Shown here in pieces: positions 10,830-20,485 of a stretch of 64,000 nt of DNA. Origin of the DNA: Treponema sp. (GTDB lineage: Bacteria > Spirochaetota > Spirochaetia > Treponematales > Treponemataceae); assembly GCA_017651065.1 (NCBI GenBank), contig JAGCDP010000011.1, forward strand, positions 14,964-78,963, read 5' to 3'. A program made the translations under genes and the position numbers. The first letter of the stretch is position 1; each line of letters starts with the position of its first letter. Below the pieces are notes generated by a model that did no database searches, had not been told where the DNA came from, and saw only the letters and a program-made list of their open reading frames with translations.

Positions 10830-11462
10830 ATGCCGCAGTTCTTCATACCAGAAAAAATCCAGATATCTCCTGTAGAGCACGACTACTCAGAAACAGCTCG
10901 TTATTTAGGTTATCAAAAAATTACGGTACCCGACGAACAGATTTCCGAATTAATAAAGGTTGCCGCAGATGAAATGCTCGAAGTAATAAAACCACAGGCA
11001 GTTTACGAACAGTTTGATTTAAGAGTTGAATATGATGAGGCCGCCGGAACAGGCATGGTGGAATTTTCAGATGTAAAAATTCCGTCAAAAGACCTTGCAC
11101 GTAATTTGCGCAACTGCAGCCAGGTTGTTATTTTTGCTTCAACCTTAGGCCCACAGTGCGACCAGCTTATCCGCCGCACACAGGTAAAAGACCAGGTAAA
11201 AGCCGCAGTATTCCAGGCTACCGGCGCCATGTACATAGAAAAATGTGTAGATTTGCTAAATGAAAAAATCAGGCAGGAAGCAGAAACTCAGGGAAAAAAA
11301 GTCCGCCCAAGATTCAGTCCGGGCTTTGGCGACGTTTCACTAGAAGTTCAAAAAGACTTTTTCCGGCTGTTGCCATGTAATAGAATAGGACTAACTCTTA
11401 TGGATACTCTGATTATGTCGCCGGAAAAGTCTGTGACTGCTTTTATTGGAATTAAAGTTTAA
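10830..11462 (+). CDS. Stand-alone B12-dependent methionine synthase activation-domain-like protein
   Basis: RYLGY, FASTLG, RFSPGFGD and MSPEKSVTAFIG motifs. Promoter TTGAAT-17-TATAGT ends 6 nt before the ATG. Confidence 0.8.
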   Translation: MPQFFIPEKIQISPVEHDYSETARYLGYQKITVPDEQISELIKVAADEMLEVIKPQAVYEQFDLRVEYDEAAGTGMVEFSDVKIPSKDLARNLRNCSQVVIFASTLGPQCDQLIRRTQVKDQVKAAVFQATGAMYIEKCVDLLNEKIRQEAETQGKKVRPRFSPGFGDVSLEVQKDFFRLLPCNRIGLTLMDTLIMSPEKSVTAFIGIKV

Positions 11463-11748
11463 ACTTTCTATCTTCAGGTTTCTCTGCTTCTTTATAGAGG
11501 ATGGCTACATTACCAATAATTCGTACAAGTGTTGCATCTGTTCGTGCACAAAGGTCGGTTGTGAGCTCGTGCTTTTCGTCTTTGTATTCGTTGTATTTTA
11601 CTTTTATAAGCTCGTGGGCAGCAAGAGATGCGGCTGTCATCTGGACAACTCCGTCTGTGAGACCGGCCCCGCCAACAATTACGATTGGCTGCAGGTCGTG
11701 TGCTGCTTTTTCGAGAATTTTTCTTTGTTTGCTGTTTAGTTCTATCAT
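11452..11748 (-). CDS. yhbY: YhbY/CRM-domain RNA-binding protein
   Basis: LNSKQRKILEKAAHDLQPIV..G..GL, HELIKVK and IIGNVAILY. Start moved to ATG 11748. Confidence 0.88.
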   Translation of the reverse strand: MIELNSKQRKILEKAAHDLQPIVIVGGAGLTDGVVQMTAASLAAHELIKVKYNEYKDEKHELTTDLCARTDATLVRIIGNVAILYKEAEKPEDRKFKL

Positions 11749-11780
11749 ATGTGGGTATTCTATCAAGTTTATGTTATTTT

Positions 11781-11813
11781 GTCATTGCGAGGAGCGAAGC
11801 GACGTGGCAATCC
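11781..11813. repeat. Family-1 REP-like element
   Basis: gtcattgcgaggagcgaagcgacgtggcaatcc. Confidence 0.88.
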
Positions 11814-11814
11814 A

Positions 11815-12987
11815 TTAATGACGTATTAGTTTTACACAGCCGTATGGAGTGTCGTGGTAGGCTTTAAAATCTTCTATGATTTTGCGGGCAAAAGGGGAGA
11901 TTTGGGAGAGCCGGCCCACACTTGATGTGTCATTGTCGGGCTTGACCCGACAATCTTTCACTAAAGGATCAATATATCTTTGCTTTACATTCAGCGAGAC
12001 GCAAAAGTATTCTTCTGGGGGCAGGGCATGGTCTGTGTGCTCGATTGAAGTCATGGTGCGGAAGGTGTTGTATAAGCGAGTGAGTTGGTTCTGGTGCGGC
12101 CCTTCGACAGGCTCAGCAACCCCACGGGGTCCCTGAGCTTGTCGAAGGGCGTCCATAATTTCCCGTTCACTCTTGTTCATAAAATCTTCTTCGTGGAGGA
12201 TACCTTGTTCTACTGCCATGTTCATAATCTGGCCGAGCATGTGTAGCGTAAGTTTGTTTTCGTTCAACTGCAAAATATGTCCAATCATACAGAAACGTCT
12301 GCAGTAATCTTCTGCAATTTCTAGTGTCTTAAAACCAAGTTCATCCTGGCCGTCTTCATTTTTTAAAACTGTAATATCGTTGTAGGCGCGTTCAATAGAC
12401 TGCAAATCCCATGTGCCATCAAGCGCCATGCCGGAAGGAAACATGTATTCCAGTCGGTCGGCACTTAACTGCGGGATTTCATTATCTGCAACAGGATAGA
12501 TGTGGTAGTCGCAGATCTGTTCTACAGTCAGACCATCCTCTACCAAAAGCGAACACAAGGCACTGTCATTTTTCAAAAGCCTTTCATTATCAGATTCAGT
12601 AGCTGTTTGTGTAAGTGCGTCGCCTTTTCTAAAATCAGAAACATGCGAAAAGACCGGAGTAGATGCATCATGAAAAAGGCCTGCAAGTGTCTGCGCTTTA
12701 TCATGAGTAAAATGCCAGATAATCAGGGCAACACCAACAGAATGATCCAGGCGTGAATAATAAAATCGGTTTTTGTAAAGCTTAGTCCAATCGGTACCAC
12801 ATAAAAGTCCCACTCCCTTGAGCCTTGAAAGAATTGGCAGGGCGATGTACTTATCTAAAAAATCAGGGTAATCGGGACTAAGGATTTTGTGGTATTTTTT
12901 GATGTCGTAAAACGCAGCAGGGTCATCGGGCCAGACGTTCAACGACATCATTGTTTTCCAGTCGAACTGTTCGAAATAGTTAGACAT
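11815..12987 (-). CDS. HD-domain phosphohydrolase
   Basis: SRLDHSVGV, GLFHDAS..FSH and ADRLEY motifs. Two repeat-derived inserts near the C-terminus. Confidence 0.85.
   Translation of the reverse strand: MSNYFEQFDWKTMMSLNVWPDDPAAFYDIKKYHKILSPDYPDFLDKYIALPILSRLKGVGLLCGTDWTKLYKNRFYYSRLDHSVGVALIIWHFTHDKAQTLAGLFHDASTPVFSHVSDFRKGDALTQTATESDNERLLKNDSALCSLLVEDGLTVEQICDYHIYPVADNEIPQLSADRLEYMFPSGMALDGTWDLQSIERAYNDITVLKNEDGQDELGFKTLEIAEDYCRRFCMIGHILQLNENKLTLHMLGQIMNMAVEQGILHEEDFMNKSEREIMDALRQAQGPRGVAEPVEGPHQNQLTRLYNTFRTMTSIEHTDHALPPEEYFCVSLNVKQRYIDPLVKDCRVKPDNDTSSVGRLSQISPFARKIIEDFKAYHDTPYGCVKLIRH
11928..11956. repeat. Family-3 palindromic element inside the HD CDS
   Basis: tgtcattgtcgggcttgacccgacaatct, the reverse complement of the intergenic copy at 30975-31003. 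Translated as DCRVKPDNDT. Confidence 0.85.
12098..12150. repeat. Family-2 inverted pair inside the HD CDS
   Basis: gcccttcgacaggctcagcaacccc...ggggtccctgagcttgtcgaagggc, translated as ALRQAQGPRGVAEPVEGP. Confidence 0.87.
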
Positions 12988-13859
12988 TATTTTTTTGGAG
13001 CATCGCCAACCATAGAAACATCAAGACGGTTGAATGGAGTTTCAAGTCCGGCAAGTTCCTTTTCTTTTGTTATGGCAATGTGAAGATCACTTTTTGTTTT
13101 TAAGAAATCTTTTGGGTCAAACCAGACTGCAACAGTTATATCAATTCCGGAATCACCGAATTTGTCTATCCAGGCTGCAGGTGCAGGATCTTTCAAAACA
13201 GTTTCACAATCATTTGCTGCCTTAAGATAAGTGTCCAAGGCCAGCTGCAAATCGTTACCATAAGCAATAGGGCAGGTAACAGTAAGACGGCGTTTTGAAT
13301 GGAATGATTTGTTCATCAGATTTGTATTGATGATTGTAGAGTTTGGAATACGAACCATTTCATTATCAAGTGTGTGAACTGTAACAGAAATGAGGTTGAT
13401 GGAATCTACAACACCGGTAATTCCGTCTACAATAATTGTATCTCCAATTTTAATGGCACCTTCGGTAATTACAAAAAGTCCGCTTATGAGGTTGCTTACA
13501 CTTGTTTGGGCAGCAAAACCAATTGCAACTCCGGCAATTCCTGCAGCGCCCCAGATGGCACTAAGTTTAACTCCAAAAAGACTCAATACATACATTACTA
13601 TGATAACATAGAAAACATATCGCAAAAATTTTATAAGAATAAGAGAGCGGGCTCTTGGAAGCTTTTTCTCAGGAACTTTTTTGATTCCGCGAACCATTAA
13701 TCTGAATATAATCCAGAAAATAAAGATTATGATTAAGGCGCCTATAAGCTTAAAGAGATTTTCCCAGGTGAGAAAGCTCTTTATCCAGGTTAAGAATGAT
13801 GAGGTTTGTTCCCAAAAAGAACTGCCTGCGTTTTTAAGTCCTTCAGATACTTCGTCCAT
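12987..13859 (-). CDS. Small-conductance mechanosensitive channel (MscS family)
   Basis: AGIAGVAIGFAAQTSVSNLISG, IKIGD and IPNS motifs. Confidence 0.92.
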   Translation of the reverse strand: MDEVSEGLKNAGSSFWEQTSSFLTWIKSFLTWENLFKLIGALIIIFIFWIIFRLMVRGIKKVPEKKLPRARSLILIKFLRYVFYVIIVMYVLSLFGVKLSAIWGAAGIAGVAIGFAAQTSVSNLISGLFVITEGAIKIGDTIIVDGITGVVDSINLISVTVHTLDNEMVRIPNSTIINTNLMNKSFHSKRRLTVTCPIAYGNDLQLALDTYLKAANDCETVLKDPAPAAWIDKFGDSGIDITVAVWFDPKDFLKTKSDLHIAITKEKELAGLETPFNRLDVSMVGDAPKK

Positions 13860-13860
13860 G

Positions 13861-14526
13861 TTAAACTCCTTTAGTATGGCCCTTCGACAAGCTCAGGGAC
13901 CCCGAGATGCATATGTCATTTATTATACACTCATTGCACTTTGGATTTCTAGCGGTGCAGACATATCTTCCATGCAGCAAAAGCCAGTGGTGGGCGTGTT
14001 CAAGATATTGAGGCGGGATTCGCTTCAGTAAGGATTCCTCCACCTGTTCCGGCGTAGTACCTTCTGCAAGTCCAATCTTAGGGCAAATCCTGAGCAAATG
14101 TGTATCTACCGGCATTGTCGGCTGATGAAAAATTACATTCAAAACAACATTTGCAGTTTTTCGCCCAACTCCCCGCAGAGTCATGAGCTTTTCACGCGTA
14201 TCAGGCACCTGGCTTTCAAAATCATCAATAAGCTGCTGCGAAAGTTTAATTATATTTGCAGCCTTGTTTTTATAAAGCCCTATTGATTTTATGTAGGGAA
14301 TGAGGCCTGCTTCACCAAGCGCAAGCATTTTTTCCGGAGAGTCTACAACTTTAAAAAGTTCTCGGGTTGCAAGGTTCACACTCTTGTCTGTAGCCTGCGC
14401 CGAAAGAACAACCGCAACAAGAAGTGTATACGGATTCACATATTCCAACTCCGACTTTGGCGAAGGGTTTTGTGCTTTGAGACGCTCCATTACCTTTACA
14501 ATCTGATTTTTATTCAGCAGATTCAT
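13861..14526 (-). CDS. nth: Endonuclease III
   Basis: LLVAVVLSAQATD, HhH motif LRGVGRKTANVV, VDTH and the FeS motif C-x6-C-x2-C-x5-C. Confidence 0.95.
   Translation of the reverse strand: MNLLNKNQIVKVMERLKAQNPSPKSELEYVNPYTLLVAVVLSAQATDKSVNLATRELFKVVDSPEKMLALGEAGLIPYIKSIGLYKNKAANIIKLSQQLIDDFESQVPDTREKLMTLRGVGRKTANVVLNVIFHQPTMPVDTHLLRICPKIGLAEGTTPEQVEESLLKRIPPQYLEHAHHWLLLHGRYVCTARNPKCNECIINDICISGSLSLSKGHTKGV
13878..13903. repeat. Family-2 element forming the C-terminal tail of Nth
   Basis: ggcccttcgacaagctcagggacccc, read on the minus strand as GSLSLSKG. Confidence 0.82.
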
Positions 14527-14532
14527 TGTTTA

Positions 14533-15735
14533 TTAAAGGGCTTTTTTGAGTTCTTCTACCTTATCTGTTTTTTCCCAAGGGAAGCCTTCTCGTCCAAAGT
14601 GACCGTAGCTTGCAGTTTTAGCGTAGATTGGAGCTTTGAGTCCAAGAGTCTTTGAAATGCCGGCCGGACTGCAATCAAAAACCTTTTTAACGGCTGCTTC
14701 AATTGCAGTTTTTTCAACCTTTTCTGTTCCAAAAGTTTCTACCATAATGCTGACAGGGAACGGAACACCAATTGCATATGCCAGCTGAACTTCTGCGCGT
14801 TCTGAAAGCCCTGCCGCAACAATATTTTTTGCAATGTAGCGGGCCATGTAGGCTGCAGAACGGTCTACCTTACTTGGATCTTTTCCGCTAAAGGCACCGC
14901 CACCATGACGACCCATGCCACCGTAAGTGTCTACAATGATTTTGCGACCGGTAAGGCCTGCATCACCGTCCGGGCCACCCTTTACAAAACGTCCGGTTGG
15001 ATTTATATAGAATTTTGTGCGCTCATCCAAAAGTCCGGTTGGTTCAAGCACAGGCTTAATGATTTGTTCAATTATAGTCTGTTCAATCTGTTCGTGCGAA
15101 ATATCATCATCGTGCTGGTGAGAAATTACAACTGCATCAATGTGAACAGGTTTATGACCTTCGTATTCAATTGTAACCTGACTTTTAGCATCAGGACGAA
15201 GCCATGCAATTTTTCCGCTTTTTCTGAGTTCTGTAGCCTTAAGCAAAAGCTGGTGTGAATAATAAACAGGAGCCGGCATAAGAGTTGGAGTTTCGTTACA
15301 GGCAAATCCAAACATCATTCCCTGGTCACCTGCACCCTGAAGTCCTTCATATTCCTTAAGACCTGTTCCATCAACACCCTGGCTAATATCATCTGATTGA
15401 GCGTGAAGTCTGTTCATAAAGGTAAAGGTTTTATAATCAAGTCCCTTGTCTTCGCTGTCATAGCCAATATTTTTTGCAACCGAGCGTGCAATTTCTTCTA
15501 TTTTCTGATTCAATTCTGCAATTGCAATGCCCTGTTTCTTAAAACTTATTTCGCCGCCAACAAGTACAAAGTTAGTTGTAGCAAAAGTTTCGCAGGCAAC
15601 ATGTGCTTCTGAATCAAGAGTAAGACAGTAATCAAGAATGGCATCCGAAATCTGATCACAAAGCTTGTCCGGGTGACCTTCTCCAACTGATTCTGATGTA
15701 AATAAATAGTGATTTTTGTTTAAGACAGCGTCCAT
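14533..15735 (-). CDS. metK: S-adenosylmethionine synthetase
   Basis: [19 protein letters not shown] and [16 protein letters not shown] signatures. Confidence 0.97.
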   Translation of the reverse strand: MDAVLNKNHYLFTSESVGEGHPDKLCDQISDAILDYCLTLDSEAHVACETFATTNFVLVGGEISFKKQGIAIAELNQKIEEIARSVAKNIGYDSEDKGLDYKTFTFMNRLHAQSDDISQGVDGTGLKEYEGLQGAGDQGMMFGFACNETPTLMPAPVYYSHQLLLKATELRKSGKIAWLRPDAKSQVTIEYEGHKPVHIDAVVISHQHDDDISHEQIEQTIIEQIIKPVLEPTGLLDERTKFYINPTGRFVKGGPDGDAGLTGRKIIVDTYGGMGRHGGGAFSGKDPSKVDRSAAYMARYIAKNIVAAGLSERAEVQLAYAIGVPFPVSIMVETFGTEKVEKTAIEAAVKKVFDCSPAGISKTLGLKAPIYAKTASYGHFGREGFPWEKTDKVEELKKAL

Positions 15736-15742
15736 TTTTGGA

Positions 15743-15815
15743 CCTCCTCTTTAGCAAGATTTACCGGCAGTCAGACCGCCAGATTCCGTTCTGCAATTTG
15801 GATAAATCAACGGGA
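15743..15815 (-). ncRNA. SAM-II-class riboswitch (long-loop variant) in the metK 5' UTR
   Basis: Minus strand reads CCGTT-GATTT-ATCC-AAA-TTGC-AG-AACGG...[hairpin ctggcggt-ctg-actgccgg]-TAAAT-CTT-GCTAAA-GAGGAGG. This matches the SAM-II landmarks from memory (P1, GAUUU, UUGC, UAAAU, GCUAAA next to the SD). -10 TATTAT at 15828-15823. Confidence 0.75.
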
Positions 15816-15936
15816 TAAGCATATAATATTGAAAAGAGTGAAATATATCAACATATTTTACGCCATATTGCTTTTTTTTCTATAATAAAGTATTTTTATA
15901 AGCGGTAGGGGCATTATTTTTAAACGGAGTTTTTAA

Positions 15937-16254
15937 ATGGGTTTAAAAAAGTCTTTTTCTAAGGATAAGACAAAATGTACAGTGACATTTACCGTTTCAC
16001 CGGAAGCAGCTCAGGGTGCTAAGCAGATTAATATTGCCGGTGATTTCAACAGCTGGAGCAGTACAATTACACCTCTAAAAAAAGAACAGGACGGCTCTTT
16101 TTCTGTAAAACTTGAGCTTGACGTAAATCGCGAGTACCAGTTCCGTTATTTGTTAGATAATACTAAATGGGAAAACGACTGGAACGCCGACAAATATGTT
16201 CCAGCCCCATACAGTAACGCAGATAACTCTGTTGTAGAAACTTATCTTAAGTAA
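15937..16254 (+). CDS. Isoamylase early-set / CBM48-like glycogen-binding domain protein
   Basis: VTFTV, IAGDFNSW, YQFRYLLD..WEND and NSVV motifs. Confidence 0.85.
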   Translation: MGLKKSFSKDKTKCTVTFTVSPEAAQGAKQINIAGDFNSWSSTITPLKKEQDGSFSVKLELDVNREYQFRYLLDNTKWENDWNADKYVPAPYSNADNSVVETYLK

Positions 16255-16910
16255 ATCACTTCATTCAAACAAAGCAGTTTTGTAAAGTTTATACTCTGAA
16301 CAGTTTGTGATCCGTCTGGATTTTTTAAAGTAATCCTGAAGTTACAGCTTTTCATTTCTTCGGCAATTTCTTCGCCATAAAAAGTCGAAAGTACTTCAAG
16401 ATATTCTTCCTGAGTCATTACTTCATCATTAAAAACAGGTGCAAGCAGCATATCAAGGTACATCTTTGTCTGACTGTCTGTAGAATCGTAATATTTTATA
16501 AGAGTTTCAGGAGAAAGAGATGCATTGAGCTTTCCGTCTTTTACGCTTATTACGCCCGAAGTAAATAATGCAGATTTCTGATTCTTATCTGTTACAGAAA
16601 TTGTAAGGTCTGAACCGGTTTTAGAAACAGCCTTTACCTTAGAAAATCCGTTGGCACCTAATTCATATTCAATTTCTTTTGTATTAAAAACTACATGATC
16701 GGCTTCCGGATCTGTTACACCGTTTGCAGAATTCATAAGGGTAGCAAAAGCTGTTCCTGCAGCTCCGGAAAATTGTACATCAACAGAGCCGTCTTTTTTG
16801 AGTTCAACTGTAATTTCAGAAGTACAGCTTGCGCACAAAATAATCAAACCTGCACATGCGCAAAGCAATTTTAATCCTTTAAAAAGTTTTTTCTTTAATT
16901 CAATAATCAA
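16242..16910 (-). CDS. Hypothetical lipoprotein
   Basis: Basic N-terminus, hydrophobic stretch and lipobox-like CASC. Confidence 0.6.
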   Translation of the reverse strand: MIIELKKKLFKGLKLLCACAGLIILCASCTSEITVELKKDGSVDVQFSGAAGTAFATLMNSANGVTDPEADHVVFNTKEIEYELGANGFSKVKAVSKTGSDLTISVTDKNQKSALFTSGVISVKDGKLNASLSPETLIKYYDSTDSQTKMYLDMLLAPVFNDEVMTQEEYLEVLSTFYGEEIAEEMKSCNFRITLKNPDGSQTVQSINFTKLLCLNEVIYLR

Positions 16911-16912
16911 TT

Positions 16913-18028
16913 TTAGTTCCTCGTATAAAATGCAGACAACGGAACTGTAACTCTGACACCTGTATACATTACAAGTCCTGCTGCAATAGATTCTGTAAAT
17001 GGAAGGGCAGCTCCATCTGTATTATTATACACAGTATAGTTTATATCTTGTACTGCCTGAAGCGCAACCTTACCAATTTTCCATTTAGGAGTTGAAACAG
17101 CAAATCCAATTATTCCAGGGAAAACAGAACCCTTAATTGTTTTATCTGTATCTATGAGGGTTGGTGTTTTAAATGTAAAAACCGGTCCCGCATACATCCG
17201 GATATAATCATTCATTGAAAGACTTAAAATAACAGGAAGCTGGAATGTATCAAGTCCTGCATTAAATCTTATGAATAAGCCTACACCCGGATTAAGGTTC
17301 CATCCAGTATAACTGGCATGAAGGCCTGCATCAATTCCTCTATATCTGAAAACAAACTGACGCGGAGAAAGTAACGACCAGTCAAAATAAAGTGATGCGT
17401 CTAAAAGAAGCTTGTCTTCAAAAGAAAGTGGGGTAGAAGCTGGCCCACCCTTACTGCTGCCTTCATTTTCAAAACCTTCTGTCATTGGCGTTTCAGAAAG
17501 CGCTTCGCTGGAGTATTCGTCTTTTCCGGAAGGAAGGAATTGTCCTGTAGAAACATAGCGTTCTTTCCAGTAATCCTGATTAAGTGATGAAACAATTACT
17601 CCGGTATTAGGACCGTCGCTTATTGCAGAAATAAACTGATTGTTTCCAATATAAACACCAATGTGCGAAATTGTAGAAGAGCCTGTTGTTTTAAAAAACA
17701 TAAGGTCGCCTATTTCGCGTTTTTCATCGGGAATCATTCTTACATAGTTATAGATTGCTTTAGCTGTTCGAGGCAGTTGAACTTTAATTGCTTTGTTTGC
17801 CGAATAATAAATGAGTCCTGAACAGTCAAAAGCATCTGGACCAACAGCACCATATTCGTAGGGCGCCCCTACATGAGTTTTTATTTCTTCTACAAAGGCT
17901 TCTCGTAAAGTCTGTGCCTGTCCCGGAGTCATGTTACTGCTCTGTGCACAAAGCTGAAAACAGGTAAGTGAAAAACAAACAATCAGAAAAAGATAAATTT
18001 TTAATGTAATTTTTCCAAGATTCTTCAT
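16913..18028 (-). CDS. NlpC/P60 (C40) peptidase with C-terminal beta-rich domain
   Basis: Signal peptide from ATG 18028; GAPYEYG..FDCSGL, LPRTA, GDLMFF and SHIGVYIG motifs. Confidence 0.85.
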   Translation of the reverse strand: MKNLGKITLKIYLFLIVCFSLTCFQLCAQSSNMTPGQAQTLREAFVEEIKTHVGAPYEYGAVGPDAFDCSGLIYYSANKAIKVQLPRTAKAIYNYVRMIPDEKREIGDLMFFKTTGSSTISHIGVYIGNNQFISAISDGPNTGVIVSSLNQDYWKERYVSTGQFLPSGKDEYSSEALSETPMTEGFENEGSSKGGPASTPLSFEDKLLLDASLYFDWSLLSPRQFVFRYRGIDAGLHASYTGWNLNPGVGLFIRFNAGLDTFQLPVILSLSMNDYIRMYAGPVFTFKTPTLIDTDKTIKGSVFPGIIGFAVSTPKWKIGKVALQAVQDINYTVYNNTDGAALPFTESIAAGLVMYTGVRVTVPLSAFYTRN

Positions 18029-18102
18029 ACTACACATATTATATCGATAAATTTGCATTTTTGTTCAATTTTTTTTAAAAAATTCATATTATTATTGCAA
18101 AT

Positions 18103-19728
18103 ATGAAAACAAAAACAGAAGTATTTGTGAATCAGATTGGATATTTACCTGAAAAAACTAAATTTGCCTATGCAACAGGACTTGCTGGTGGCGAAGAGTT
18201 TGAGATTTTGAGTAAGGGTACAGTTAGTTTTTCTGGCAGAGTGAAGGAGCCTTTGCAGGACAGAGTTGCAGGGGAGCCTGTCTGTTGTATTGATTTTTCT
18301 GATTTTAAACAGAACGGGGAATATGTTCTTCGTGTAAAAAATGCCAAAGGTAAGGCTGTAGAAAGTGTTCCTTTTAAAATTGGCGACGGCCTTTATAATG
18401 ATATTTACTTTTCAACATTAAATTATTTTTATCTTTCGCGCTGCGGCATTGAACTTGATAAAACTGCTGGCGGTCCATGGGCTCATTCAGTTTGTCACAA
18501 TACTCCTGCAGTTGTTTATGGAACAAACGAAAAAATAGAAGTAAACGGCGGATGGCACGATGCAGGCGACTACGGACGTTACATTGTTGCAGGTTCCAAA
18601 GCAGTAATGGATTTACTTCTGGCGTATGAAGCAAATCGCAGCGACGTGGCAATCCATTTTGATATTTTAAGTGAAGTCCGATATGAACTTGAATGGATGC
18701 TTAAAATGCAGCGACTGGATGGCGGAGTTTATCATAAAGTTTCATGCTATCATTTCTGCGGTTTTATAAATCCGGACAAAGAAAAAGATGAGCTTGTAGT
18801 TTCTCCTGTTTCGTCTACTGCAACTGCAGACTTTGCAGGCTGCTGTGCTTTTGCTTCCGGCTTCTTTGAAAAGTCAGATCCGGCTTTTGCAAAAAAACTT
18901 ATGGATGCAGCCTTTAAGGCACAGGCATATCTTGATACTCACGACGACGAACTTTTTAAAAATCCTCCGGAAATTACAACAGGCGGTTACGGCGACTGGT
19001 CTTCTTCTGATGAGCGATATTTTGCATATGCCGCACTTTTTTATAAAACAGGCGACAATACTTATTTAGACAAGGCCCTGGGCCTGCGTAAGAAAATTCT
19101 TGATCAGCCCGATGACCCTCAGTTCCCGTGGAAGAACAAATGGTTCGAAGGTTTTGGCTGGGGAATGGTTGCCGGTTATGGAACAGAAATCTTTTTACGT
19201 GCAAAAGAAAAAATCGCAGACAAGCAGAAGGCTAAACTGCTCGAAGATTCAATGCTTAAAAGTGCAGACCGTATTCTTGAGCGCGTAAACGTTGCTTCGT
19301 TTGGAACAAGCATGGATAAGGTTCACTGGGGAAGCTGCGGTCATGTATGCGACGATGCTCATGCTCTTCTTGCTGCTTATGATATTACGGGGCGCAAAGA
19401 ATATTACGAGGCTGCAAAAAAACAGCTTGATTATGTTCTTGGATGTAATCCTAATAATGTCTGCTATGTTACAGGCTTTGGTACAAACACAGTTAATCAT
19501 CCTCACCACAGACCTTCCGGTGCAAATAAGAAGACAATGCCTGGTATGCTAAGCGGAGGCCCTTGCGAAGGACTTCATGATGAATGTGCAAAGAGAAAAC
19601 TTGGACCAAAAAAACTTCCGCCGCTCAGATGTTTTATAGATAATGTTGCAAGCTACAGTACAAACGAAATTGCCATCTATTGGAATTCCACTTTTGTATA
19701 TGTAGCGTCAAAGTTGAAAATGGTGTAA
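18103..19728 (+). CDS. GH9 endoglucanase with N-terminal Ig-like domain
   Basis: VNQIGY, GGWHDAGDYGRY, HPHHRPS and YSTNEIAIYWNS motifs. Confidence 0.93.
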   Translation: MKTKTEVFVNQIGYLPEKTKFAYATGLAGGEEFEILSKGTVSFSGRVKEPLQDRVAGEPVCCIDFSDFKQNGEYVLRVKNAKGKAVESVPFKIGDGLYNDIYFSTLNYFYLSRCGIELDKTAGGPWAHSVCHNTPAVVYGTNEKIEVNGGWHDAGDYGRYIVAGSKAVMDLLLAYEANRSDVAIHFDILSEVRYELEWMLKMQRLDGGVYHKVSCYHFCGFINPDKEKDELVVSPVSSTATADFAGCCAFASGFFEKSDPAFAKKLMDAAFKAQAYLDTHDDELFKNPPEITTGGYGDWSSSDERYFAYAALFYKTGDNTYLDKALGLRKKILDQPDDPQFPWKNKWFEGFGWGMVAGYGTEIFLRAKEKIADKQKAKLLEDSMLKSADRILERVNVASFGTSMDKVHWGSCGHVCDDAHALLAAYDITGRKEYYEAAKKQLDYVLGCNPNNVCYVTGFGTNTVNHPHHRPSGANKKTMPGMLSGGPCEGLHDECAKRKLGPKKLPPLRCFIDNVASYSTNEIAIYWNSTFVYVASKLKMV

Positions 19729-19752
19729 AATCTCCGTAAGGAGAATTTGACA

Positions 19753-20484
19753 ATGTTAGAACTCAAAAATGTAACAAAAGCTTACAACAAAGGCAATGTA
19801 AAGGCTGTTGATAATCTTACAATGACCGTAAATAACGGCGAGATTTTTGGATTTTTAGGACCAAACGGTGCCGGTAAAACAACTTCAATCAGAATGTTAA
19901 CAGGAATCCTTCAGGCAGATGAAGGCGACCTTTTGCTGGACGGCATTTCAATTAAGGAACGTCCTATTGCTGCAAAAAGAACCTTTGCATTTGTACCAGA
20001 TAACCCGGAAACTTTTTCGCGCCTTAAGGCAATTGAATATCTTGATTTTATAAGTGATGTTTATAAGGTTCCTCAAGAAGACAAAATGAACCGAATCAAA
20101 ACATACTGTGAAAAATTCGGCATGATGGAAAATCTTGACAGCCGCATTGCTTCGTTCAGCCATGGTATGAAGCAGAAACTCTTCCTTATTGCAAGCTTGA
20201 TTACAGATCCACATAACTGGATTTTAGATGAACCAATGGTTGGTCTTGACCCTGAAGCAGCTTTTACAATTAAGGAAATCATGCGCGAACGTGCCGCTGC
20301 CGGTAAAACAGTTTTCTTTTCTACACACGTAATGGAAGTTGCAGAAAAGCTTTGCGACCGTGTTGGAATCATCAAAAAAGGAAAGCTCGTATTTACAGGA
20401 ACAATTGCAGAGCTGCAGGCACAGCATGGTGCAGCCGGACAGTCTCTTGAAGATATCTTCCTTAAACTTGTTGCGGAGGACTAA
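19753..20484 (+). CDS. ABC transporter ATP-binding protein
   Basis: Walker A GPNGAGKTT, signature FSHGMKQK, Walker B ILDEP. Confidence 0.93.
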   Translation: MLELKNVTKAYNKGNVKAVDNLTMTVNNGEIFGFLGPNGAGKTTSIRMLTGILQADEGDLLLDGISIKERPIAAKRTFAFVPDNPETFSRLKAIEYLDFISDVYKVPQEDKMNRIKTYCEKFGMMENLDSRIASFSHGMKQKLFLIASLITDPHNWILDEPMVGLDPEAAFTIKEIMRERAAAGKTVFFSTHVMEVAEKLCDRVGIIKKGKLVFTGTIAELQAQHGAAGQSLEDIFLKLVAED

Positions 20485-20485
20485 G

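Noticed and set aside
8052-10830. Cobalamin riboswitch for the BtuF/BtuC-like genes
   Set aside because: The genes are coupled directly behind pyrE, and the only structured upstream DNA is a repeat pair. No B12-box was seen.
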